Position numbers and translations under genes: made by a program. The notes under the pieces are model-generated. The model had not been told where the DNA came from, did not search any database, and was given only the letters and a program-made list of their open reading frames with translations. From contig JBGSVZ010000122.1 of the NCBI GenBank assembly GCA_041752695.1, positions 1 to 19,107 of the forward strand: a stretch of DNA of 19,107 bases. The letters run 5' to 3'. Positions 7,487 through 15,439 of this stretch are shown here, one piece after another. The DNA is from Terrimicrobiaceae bacterium (lineage in GTDB: Bacteria; Verrucomicrobiota; Verrucomicrobiia; Chthoniobacterales; Terrimicrobiaceae). Every line of letters starts with the position of its first letter. Within the stretch, counting starts at the first letter, position 1.

Positions 7487-8878
7487 TTGAAGACTCCTCC
7501 CGCTACCGCTGAAGACGTTTCCCCCCCGTCCGGTCCGAAGACCTGGAGGGTGGGAACGCTGGTCTACAGCACGGGTGGGTTGGTGGTGCTTTTTGCGTGG
7601 TTGTTGCTGGGGGATTTCGCGTGGTCCATGCGGGACCGTTCGGTCGGCCCGATGTCCCAGTGGTACCTGAACAGTCTGGGCGTCCCCAACCTGCTTTTCG
7701 GCCTGCTCATCAGCTCCTTTCCCGCCTTTATCGGCCTCATTCTCGGGCCGATCATCAGTGTGCGTTCCGACCGTCATCGGGGAAAATGGGGTCGGCGGAT
7801 TCCGTTTCTCCTTGTCACCACCCCGCTGGCGGCCTTTGGCATGATCGGCCTTGGTCTCACCCCGCTCGTGGCGAAGTGGGTGCACGGTCATTTTCCCGAT
7901 CAGAGCGAAATGACGGTTTCGGTGATTTGTTTCGGGATTTTCTGGGCGGCTTTCGAGTTTGCCACCATTGCCAGTCAGGCGGTGTTTGGCGGACTGGTCA
8001 ATGACGTCGTGCCGCAGCAATTGTTGGGCCGTTTTTACGGGCTTTTCCGCGCGGTGAGTCTGATCGACGGCATGATTTTTAACTACTGGATCATGGGCAA
8101 GGTGCCGGATCACTTTACGCTCATTCTTCTCATCATCGGGACGTTTTACGGGGTGGCATTTTTGTTCGTCTGTCTGCGCATCAAGGAGGGGGAATATCCG
8201 CCCCCGCCGCCGCCGGACCCGAAGCGGACCGGGTTTGTCGGCGGGTTCTTCAAAGAGGCGGGCACCTATTTTCGCGAGTGTTTCAGCAACCCCTATTATG
8301 TCGCGGTTTTTGTGATGCTGATGGCGGCGGCGCTGACCTTTCTGCCCGTCAATACCTTTAGCATTCCATTTGCAAAAAGCCTGGGCGTGGACATGGACGC
8401 CTACGGCAAATCTCTCGCCCTCACCTTTGCCATTTCGCTCTGTCTGTCCTATTTTCTTGGATGGCTGGCGGACATTTTTCATCCCCTCCGGATGGCGATG
8501 GCGGCCCTGATCGGGTATTTTGTGGTGGCGGTGTGGGGAGGGGTCTTTGCCACCACCCCGAACACCTTTCTCATTGCCTGGGTGCTGCATGGCGTCCTCT
8601 CCGGATGTTATTTCACCTCCGCGGCCTCACTCGGGCAGAGGCTGTTCCCGCGGACCCGCTTCGCGCAGTTTGCTTCCGCCGCGGGCATCGTCGGATCACT
8701 GGCCACCATGGTCATCGCGCCAGCCATGGGGATTGTCATCGACCATTCGGGCAGCAACTACCGTCTCACGTTCGTCCTCGGCGCTCTCCTCGCCGCCATC
8801 GCGCTGGGTCTGGCGCTGGCCGTATACGGCAAATTCGTCAAACTCGGCGGCCCGGCAAACTATCAGGCGCCGGAGTGA
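7487..8878 (+). CDS. Major facilitator superfamily transporter, substrate unknown
   Basis: About 12 hydrophobic helices in two bundles separated by a Pro-rich loop (EGEYPPPPPPDPK). Motif A-like 'SVRSDRHRGKWGRRIPF' and 'GWLADIFHP'. TTG start with GAGG upstream; exact start uncertain. Confidence 0.9.
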   Translation: MKTPPATAEDVSPPSGPKTWRVGTLVYSTGGLVVLFAWLLLGDFAWSMRDRSVGPMSQWYLNSLGVPNLLFGLLISSFPAFIGLILGPIISVRSDRHRGKWGRRIPFLLVTTPLAAFGMIGLGLTPLVAKWVHGHFPDQSEMTVSVICFGIFWAAFEFATIASQAVFGGLVNDVVPQQLLGRFYGLFRAVSLIDGMIFNYWIMGKVPDHFTLILLIIGTFYGVAFLFVCLRIKEGEYPPPPPPDPKRTGFVGGFFKEAGTYFRECFSNPYYVAVFVMLMAAALTFLPVNTFSIPFAKSLGVDMDAYGKSLALTFAISLCLSYFLGWLADIFHPLRMAMAALIGYFVVAVWGGVFATTPNTFLIAWVLHGVLSGCYFTSAASLGQRLFPRTRFAQFASAAGIVGSLATMVIAPAMGIVIDHSGSNYRLTFVLGALLAAIALGLALAVYGKFVKLGGPANYQAPE

Positions 8879-8894
8879 GGGTCGAGGTTGGGAT

Positions 8895-8915
8895 TTGAGC
8901 GTTGAGCGTTGAGCG
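8895..8915 (+). repeat. Heptamer tandem repeat (TTGAGCG)x3
   Basis: Three exact copies at 8895, 8902 and 8909, preceded by degenerate copies (TGAGGGT, CGAGGTT) starting at the MFS stop codon. Confidence 0.8.
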
Positions 8916-8943
8916 TCGCCGTGGAAGCTGCTTTTTTCGTTGG

Positions 8944-10101
8944 ATGTTCGCCTGCCCGCATTGTCGCTGTCATCTGGAGAGGCTGGAATCCTCCCGGGGC
9001 GCGCAATGGCGCTGCCCGCAATGCGAGGGTCGGGCGGTCACGGTGCCGGTGCTGCGGCGCATGATGCAGGCGGATTATGTGAACCAGCTTTGGCGGGCCG
9101 CGAAAGACCTCCCGCGCAGCAAAGAGGGGCTATCGTGTCCCCTCTGTGCCAATCCCATGACCGTGGTGCAAAACCTAACTGCCGGGGAAGATTCGGCGGT
9201 ACATGTGGATGTTTGCCGGTCGTGTCATGCCGTGTGGTTCGACACGCACGAAATGGAACACGTGCTGGAACGCACGGAACTTCCTCCGGAAAAAAAGGAC
9301 GGCCCTGAGCTGTCCGAAAAGGCGAAGGAAATCATTGCCCTTGCGCAGATCGAACGCATTCGGGAGCGGGCGGATCAGGAAGATGTTATTGATGGTCCGC
9401 CTCCCGCCGATGGCTGGCAGGCTTTGCTGACAGTGTTTGGCATTCCCGTGGAGGAAAATGTTCCGTCTCCGGTCCGTCAGCCCTGGGTCACCTGGGCGGT
9501 CCTCTTCCTCATGGCCCTCGGCACGGCCTGGGTTGAGTGGCTCGACCCGACGGTGATCGAACAGTGGGGCCTGATTCCAGCGGAACCCTTCCGGAAGGGA
9601 GGTCTGACCTTTGCTACGAGCTTTTTCCTGCACGCCGGGGTGCTGCATTTTTTCGGCAATGCCGCGTTCCTTGTCGTCTTCGGCGACAACGTGGAGGATT
9701 TTCTCGGCCACAGCCGCTACGCGTTGCTGCTCATCGGTTCGAGCCTTGCGGGCGACCTGCTCCACATGATCCTCGACCCGCGGGGAACCATGCCGTCCGT
9801 CGGAGCGAGCGCGGGAATCTCCGGCGTGATTGTCTTCTATGCCTGCCAATTCCCGAAGGCCCGCCTTGTCTATCTGGTGCGAATCGGATTTTTCTTCCGC
9901 TGGGTCCGTTTCACCGCCGTGACGGGCCTGATCTGCTGGGTGGCTTTGCAAGCCATCGGTGCCTGGCAGCAACTCGCCGGACTGACCAACGTCTCCTCCC
10001 TCGCGCATCTGGGCGGGGCGGCGTTTGGGTTGGGATGGTGGGCCGTGGCGCGGAGGAAAGAAAATGAGGACACTCTCGGACCCGCGGACAGTCGGGAGTG
10101 A
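8944..10101 (+). CDS. Rhomboid family intramembrane serine protease with two N-terminal TFIIB-like zinc ribbons
   Basis: Start set at ATG 8944 (MFACPHC). Cys pairs CPHC..CPQC and CPLC..CRSC, with 'VDVCRSCHAVWFDTHE'. Rhomboid core: FLHAGVLHFFGN, FGDNVED, VGASAG (catalytic Ser), AHLGG (catalytic His). Confidence 0.92.
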   Translation: MFACPHCRCHLERLESSRGAQWRCPQCEGRAVTVPVLRRMMQADYVNQLWRAAKDLPRSKEGLSCPLCANPMTVVQNLTAGEDSAVHVDVCRSCHAVWFDTHEMEHVLERTELPPEKKDGPELSEKAKEIIALAQIERIRERADQEDVIDGPPPADGWQALLTVFGIPVEENVPSPVRQPWVTWAVLFLMALGTAWVEWLDPTVIEQWGLIPAEPFRKGGLTFATSFFLHAGVLHFFGNAAFLVVFGDNVEDFLGHSRYALLLIGSSLAGDLLHMILDPRGTMPSVGASAGISGVIVFYACQFPKARLVYLVRIGFFFRWVRFTAVTGLICWVALQAIGAWQQLAGLTNVSSLAHLGGAAFGLGWWAVARRKENEDTLGPADSRE

Positions 10102-10224
10102 TCCGTTCATGCTCGAGCGCATTTCCCAGGAAGAGTTAGTCGAGATTAAATCAGGTCGTCATGAGGGCAAATGACTCTTCCCTCACCCCCCCCTTTTTTG
10201 AGTCAGCAGTCTTGAACCTCTAAC

Positions 10225-13200
10225 TCAAGTCGTTTCCGTCCTTAACGAAGACAGCAGATCCTTAATGACGTCAAAATCGACCGGTTTGACTAGGTGAAGA
10301 TCGAAACCCGCTTCATGCGACCTTAGCTTGTCCTCCTCCTGCCCCCATCCCGTCATGGCCACGAGGATGACCTCCTTGCCCCATGGCTGCGCGCGAATGT
10401 GGCGGCACACTTCGTAGCCGTTCAGTTTCGGCATGCCAATGTCGAGCAAGAGGACGTCCGGCCGGAACGCTTCCGCCGCTTCCAGCGCCTGCAAGCCATC
10501 ATTCGCGGTGTTCACGGCATTTCCGAGCGATTTCAACAAGAGCTCGAGCGATTGGGCCGAGTCCACATTGTCATCGGCGACCAGAATGCGGCGGCTGGAC
10601 GACTGCCCCGGTTTTTCCACGACGGGTGGCTGGGCGCTTGGAGCCGCAGCTGACACCACCGGGAGACGCACGATAAACTCGCTGCCCCGCCCCTCACCTT
10701 CGCTGCGGGCCTCGATGGTCCCCCCGTGCATCTCGACTAATCCTTTCGAAAGAGAAAGCCCGATGCCCAGCCCGCCGGTCGTTTTTTCCAGCGTGCGGTC
10801 CACTTGAGCGAACATCTCGAAGACCTTACCCACCATGGGGAGTGGAATGCCGATCCCGTCGTCTGAGACAATGATAACTGCCGCGTTCTCTTCACGACGA
10901 GCAACCAACTGAATGTGCCCTCCGGGCGGGGTGTATTTGGCCGAGTTGTTCAGCAGGTTGGAAATGACCTGAGCGAGTCGTGTCATGTCGCCATCCACAA
11001 AAATCGGTTTGTCTGGCACGACCACAGTCCACTCGTGTCCCGCTTGCTCGATGACCGGTCGGGAGGTCTCAATGGCAGCGTTGATGATCGCACTGAGTTC
11101 AGCCCGCTCTCGACGGAGCGCCAGTTTGCCGCTCGTCACCCGACTCACGTCGAGCAGGTCGTCCACCAACCGGATCAGCTGTGTCAGCTGCCGCTCCATC
11201 ATGGCGCGGGCTTGTTCGAGTGTCCCGTCGACTCCTGCCGCGCGCATGATGTGCAGACCGTTGTGAATCGGGGCTAGCGGATTGCGCAGTTCGTGAGCCA
11301 GGGTCGCCAGAAACTCGTCTTTGCGACGGTCCTGGTCCCGGAGTTGATTGACAAGACTCTCCCGCTCAGCTTCGGCCACCTTGCGGCCGGTGATGTCATT
11401 AAAAAGAATGGCGACCTTGTTGCTGCCCGCGTCGCCGATTCGGAAGGCAGCAACGTCGAACCACCGGCCTCCCATCGGCTCTGCCTGATGGACAAACCGG
11501 GCTGGCTCGCCTGTCGACGCAACTCGTCCATAGGTTTCGAACCAAAATTCCTCAAGGGCTGGGATCGCCTGGCGGATCGAAAGGCCGATCAAACCATGCA
11601 TCCCCGTGTGCTTCTCGAATGCCGGGTTCATCACTTCGATACGGTAATCGACCGGCCGCCCTGTCTGGTCGAATTCCATTTTGATCATACAGAACCCTTC
11701 ATCCATCGACTCGAAGAGGGTGCGGAACCGCTCCTCGCTCAGCCGCAACGCCTCCTCGGCCCGGACCCGCTCGACCGACGCCCATGTCCGCTCGGCGGTG
11801 TCCTCGATGATGGCGACCTCGGTCGGTGTCCACTCCCGCGGCAGCGCCGAGTGTACCCCCAGGCCGGCGACAAACGCTCCGCCCTTGATGAGCGGCACGC
11901 CCACGTAGGCCCGGATCTGGACTGCTGCGAACACTTCCAGTTCCTCCGTCGTGCGAGAGCTGGAAGCATTTACATCCGTGTCGGATATGGTGTGACCGGT
12001 CCGGTACGCGGCCAAAAGTGCGGGGCCGAATGATCCGACATGGTAGCGTCCCGCCATGGATGGGGCCGCGTTGGTGTAATCCCGCTCGACGACATATTCG
12101 TCGCCCTGCACCTCAAAGTAGGCCACCCGGTTCGCACCAATCCACTCACCCAGCACGCGGCTGGCCTCGGCCCGCACTTCCACTGGATCGGCAAGAGGGC
12201 GCAAGGTGTCGGCCAGGCGGACCAGAAACGCCTGTCGCTCCTCGCTCTCCCGCAACTGTCTCTCCGTTTCCTTGCGCTCGGTCACATCGCGAGTCGTGCC
12301 GGCCACCGCCTCGACCTCGCCGTCGACGCCGAAGATGGGCACAAAGATGTAGTCATATTGCCGCAGACCTTGCGTCCCATGGAACGGCACCTCGCCGCGG
12401 ATCGGCTTTCCCGTGGCCCGCACCTGATCGATTTCCCGATCGTGCCTCTCCGCGTGCCAGGGCTCGTAGCCGATTTCCAGGAACGTTTTGCCGATTGCTC
12501 CCTCAAGGCCGCAGCCCCACATGGTGATGAGGGCCTCGTTGGCGTAGAGGACCCTGTGGTCGAGGCTGAAGACATACACGAAGTCCGGCGTGTTGGTCAG
12601 CACGGTTTCGTAGAGACGCCGTTGTCGCTCAGATTCGGCGGCAATGCGGACAACTTCCTGCTCAGCCCGTTTCCGGTCGCTGACGTCGAGCGTCACTCCG
12701 TCGAAGCGGTTTGGGGTGCCGTCGGCGGCATAAAATGTCCGCCCGATGGCCCGCACCCATGTCACTTCGCCGGTTTCGGGATGCACTGTCCGGTAGTCCA
12801 CATCGTAGCGTGTCCGGTCAGCGATACTTCGCTCGATGGCCCGTCGGGTTGGTTCCCGGTCGTCGGGGTGAATGCGCCCGTAAAACGTGTGGATGGTGAC
12901 AGTGGCGTCGGGTGGCAGGTGAAAGTGTGCTTTTACCAACTCGTCCCATTGGAGCACGTCAAAGGGTAGGTCGCAGTACCAAAACCCGACCCCGCTGCTC
13001 TGCCGGACGAACTCGGAGCGCTCCTCGCTGATCCGAAGCGCGTTTTCGGACTCTTTCTGGGCAGTGATGTCCCGGATGAAAGTGGTCAGCCCTCCCTCAT
13101 TCGTCGGATACCCCTTGAGCGAATACCATCGGCCAAAGGGTTCGTAATAGTTTTCGAATTCGATCGTTATCCTCTCCGCCACCGCCCGCCGGAATTCCGC

Positions 13201-14148
13201 TTCAAATTTTGTCCCAACAAGGGACGGGAAGACCTCCCACACGATCCGGCCCAACATTTCCGCACGGGTGAGTCTGTTGATCCGTTCGGCTTCCGTGTTC
13301 ACATACACGATCCGCCAGTCGTGATCGTACCGCATGAAACCGTCCGTCACACTTTCGAGGGTCGTGGCGATTTGCTCCTGCGCCGCGCGCTGCTCGGCTT
13401 CGCCCCGGTGCCGCTCGCTGATGTCCCGGAACACCAGCACGCAGCCGACGATTTCACCCCCCTCGGACCGGATCGGGGCGGCACTGTCGTCGATCGGCCA
13501 TTCGGTGCCGTCTTTGGCGATGAGGATGGTGTGGTTTGCCAGCCCGACGATCACGCCATCCTTTAGCGCCCGCAACGCCGGGTTCTCAACCTCCACCCGT
13601 GTGGACTCGTTGACGATGTGGAACACCTGCTTCAGCGGCACTCCTGCCGCTTGGTCGTTGGTCCATCCCGTCAGCTTCTCCGCCACGGCGTTCATCGAGG
13701 AGATCCGGCCCTCGGCGTCGGTCGTGATGACCCCGTCTCCGATGCTGGCGAGCGTGGTCCGCAACAACTCGGCCTGCCGATGGGCCGTCTCTTCCCTCGT
13801 TCGGGAATGCTGGCGGGTGCGGTAGAGGGCCTCCCCGAAGAAAACTACGACGGAAGCGGCAGCCAGGTACAAAAGCAGCCCGACGAACTCACGGGGTTCG
13901 GTTAGGCCAAATTGCCCACGGGGCGTAATAAAAAGATACGAGCAGGCTAGATAGCCAAGCACGCCCACGAGCACGGCTGGACGATACCCCCCGATCCAGA
14001 CGGCAACGCCGAGCGCCGCGAACAGAGTGACGATGGGATACGTATCCCCCAGCACCGGGTCCAGCAGCCAACGGAGCCACACGGCCGCCGCAAGGCTGGC
14101 GAGTGACAACAGATAAGTGAGAAACGAAACCCGGGTGGAATGATTCAT
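10225..14148 (-). CDS. Membrane-bound hybrid sensor histidine kinase/response regulator (DUF4118-like TM region, about 5 PAS, 1 GAF, HisKA, HATPase, REC)
   Basis: Start moved to ATG 14148 (MNHSTRV). Four TM helices. PAS domains end in DIS/DIT/DVS/DVT/DIT motifs, with a GAF between PAS4 and PAS5. H-box DEFLATLAHELRNPL, N-box NLLNNSAKY, G boxes DDGIG and GGLGIGL. Receiver motifs ADDN, DIGMP and KP. Confidence 0.95.
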   Translation of the reverse strand: MNHSTRVSFLTYLLSLASLAAAVWLRWLLDPVLGDTYPIVTLFAALGVAVWIGGYRPAVLVGVLGYLACSYLFITPRGQFGLTEPREFVGLLLYLAAASVVVFFGEALYRTRQHSRTREETAHRQAELLRTTLASIGDGVITTDAEGRISSMNAVAEKLTGWTNDQAAGVPLKQVFHIVNESTRVEVENPALRALKDGVIVGLANHTILIAKDGTEWPIDDSAAPIRSEGGEIVGCVLVFRDISERHRGEAEQRAAQEQIATTLESVTDGFMRYDHDWRIVYVNTEAERINRLTRAEMLGRIVWEVFPSLVGTKFEAEFRRAVAERITIEFENYYEPFGRWYSLKGYPTNEGGLTTFIRDITAQKESENALRISEERSEFVRQSSGVGFWYCDLPFDVLQWDELVKAHFHLPPDATVTIHTFYGRIHPDDREPTRRAIERSIADRTRYDVDYRTVHPETGEVTWVRAIGRTFYAADGTPNRFDGVTLDVSDRKRAEQEVVRIAAESERQRRLYETVLTNTPDFVYVFSLDHRVLYANEALITMWGCGLEGAIGKTFLEIGYEPWHAERHDREIDQVRATGKPIRGEVPFHGTQGLRQYDYIFVPIFGVDGEVEAVAGTTRDVTERKETERQLRESEERQAFLVRLADTLRPLADPVEVRAEASRVLGEWIGANRVAYFEVQGDEYVVERDYTNAAPSMAGRYHVGSFGPALLAAYRTGHTISDTDVNASSSRTTEELEVFAAVQIRAYVGVPLIKGGAFVAGLGVHSALPREWTPTEVAIIEDTAERTWASVERVRAEEALRLSEERFRTLFESMDEGFCMIKMEFDQTGRPVDYRIEVMNPAFEKHTGMHGLIGLSIRQAIPALEEFWFETYGRVASTGEPARFVHQAEPMGGRWFDVAAFRIGDAGSNKVAILFNDITGRKVAEAERESLVNQLRDQDRRKDEFLATLAHELRNPLAPIHNGLHIMRAAGVDGTLEQARAMMERQLTQLIRLVDDLLDVSRVTSGKLALRRERAELSAIINAAIETSRPVIEQAGHEWTVVVPDKPIFVDGDMTRLAQVISNLLNNSAKYTPPGGHIQLVARREENAAVIIVSDDGIGIPLPMVGKVFEMFAQVDRTLEKTTGGLGIGLSLSKGLVEMHGGTIEARSEGEGRGSEFIVRLPVVSAAAPSAQPPVVEKPGQSSSRRILVADDNVDSAQSLELLLKSLGNAVNTANDGLQALEAAEAFRPDVLLLDIGMPKLNGYEVCRHIRAQPWGKEVILVAMTGWGQEEDKLRSHEAGFDLHLVKPVDFDVIKDLLSSLRTETT

Positions 14149-14365
14149 CGGCAAAGTTTCGCGCCCTGCGGCACGACTGATGTCTTGGTGCAACTTGCGC
14201 GGTTCGGCGAACTCATAAACACATTCCGGAAAAAGTCTACGCCGGATGGGTTGTCCGGAAAGAAACGATCGCCGCGACGGGTGTCGTGAAAAAGCCTGTC
14301 CAATCCGGCAACCTCTCTGCGGTGGGAAAAATTCTTTCCCGTGAAAAAAGTGGGGGACGCGGGCG

Positions 14366-14400
14366 ATTGCGAAATGCAATTAGGAATGAGATCCTCATTC
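14366..14400. promoter_or_regulatory. Two adjacent perfect inverted repeats (candidate operators) upstream of the VOC genes
   Basis: ATTGC-N5-GCAAT (14366-14380) and GAATGAG-N3-CTCATTC (14384-14400), overlapping a possible -35 TTGCGA (14367-14372). Confidence 0.4.
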
Positions 14401-14423
14401 GCCAAAAACACTCCTGAATTCTT

Positions 14424-14909
14424 ATGAACCCATCAATCCCCAAAAACACCATCTGCCTGTGGTTTGACAAAGAGGCCGAGGAGGCGGCGCGGTTTTATGC
14501 CTCCGTCTTTCCAGACTCGGAAGTGACCGCGGTCCACACGGCACCGGGTGATTATCCGTCGGGCAAGGAGGGCGATGTCCTGGTCGTCAATTTCACCGTC
14601 CGGGGCATCCCCTGCCTCGGCCTCAATGGCGGGCCTCAGTTTTCGCAGAGCGAAGCCTTCTCATTCCAAATTGCGACCGATAGCCAGGAGGAAACGGACC
14701 GGTATTGGAACGCGATCGTCGGCAACGGCGGGCATTCCAGCGCGTGTGGCTGGTGCAAGGACCGCTGGGGAGTTTCCTGGCAGATCACGCCCCGCACGCT
14801 GACGGAGGCCATGGCTGCAGGCGTAGCGGAAGCCAAGCGGGCGTTCGAGGCGATGATGGAAATGGAAAAAATCGACGTGGCGAAGATTGATGCCGCCCGG
14901 CGGGGGTGA
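14424..14909 (+). CDS. VOC-fold protein, PhnB/3-demethylubiquinone-9 3-methyltransferase-like family
   Basis: 'ICLWFDKEAEEAARFYASVF', 'LNGGP', 'EAFSFQI', 'QEETDRYWNA', 'CGWCKDRWGVSWQI', 'AMMEMEKIDVA'. Confidence 0.9.
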   Translation: MNPSIPKNTICLWFDKEAEEAARFYASVFPDSEVTAVHTAPGDYPSGKEGDVLVVNFTVRGIPCLGLNGGPQFSQSEAFSFQIATDSQEETDRYWNAIVGNGGHSSACGWCKDRWGVSWQITPRTLTEAMAAGVAEAKRAFEAMMEMEKIDVAKIDAARRG

Positions 14910-14969
14910 TCAAAGTTTTGGACACGCGGTTAAGGTGACCGTATCGATTCTCTTTCAGCATTCTTTTCC

Positions 14970-15347
14970 ATGAATACTTCCCGTAATCCTGTCGGTTGGT
15001 TCGAGATCTATGTCCAGGATATGGATCGCGCCAAAGCCTTCTACGAAAAAGTCCTGCACGTGGCCCTCACCAAGCTGGAATCGCCAGGCTTGGAGCTGTG
15101 GACCTTCCCCATGCTCGATGACAAGCCGGGCGCAACGGGAGCTCTGGTCAAGATGGAGGGTAAGGACTCGGGAGCCGGCGGTACCATCATTTATTTCTCG
15201 TGTGAAGATTGTGCGGAAGAAGCGGGGCGCGTCGGCGAGAATGGGGGTGTCGTGGTCAAAGGGAAGTTTTCCATCGGTGAGTATGGATTCATTGCTTTCG
15301 TGCAGGATCCGGAGGGCAATATGATCGGCCTTCATTCGTGCAAATGA
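14970..15347 (+). CDS. VOC family (glyoxalase/bleomycin-resistance-like) protein
   Basis: 'NPVGWFEIYVQDMDRAKAFYEKV', 'IYFSCEDC', 'GG.VV..K..IGEYGFIA..QDPEGNMIGLH'. Confidence 0.9.
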   Translation: MNTSRNPVGWFEIYVQDMDRAKAFYEKVLHVALTKLESPGLELWTFPMLDDKPGATGALVKMEGKDSGAGGTIIYFSCEDCAEEAGRVGENGGVVVKGKFSIGEYGFIAFVQDPEGNMIGLHSCK

Positions 15348-15439
15348 ATTTCCGGCGCTGTGGCAGGGAGAGCACGCGGGCAACCGTAGCGCAGGACCTA
15401 GCCGAAGGCAAAGTGCCGTGGCTAAATCTTAAGTGAGAT

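Noticed and set aside
10129..10205. Overlapping imperfect inverted repeats (GGAAGAGT/ACTCTTCC, TGAGGG/CCCTCA, TGACTC/GAGTCA) between convergent genes
   Set aside because: May serve as a terminator, but the stems are short and mutually exclusive, so no specific structure or ncRNA can be supported.
14149..14379. 77-aa N-terminal extension of the kinase ORF
   Set aside because: Looks like intergenic/promoter DNA. The TM region begins right after ATG 14148.
15400..15425. Bulged hairpin TAGCC..GGCA-AAG-TGCC..GGCTA between the VOC gene and mutS
   Set aside because: No U-tract on either side and no family resemblance; too weak to call a terminator or RNA gene.
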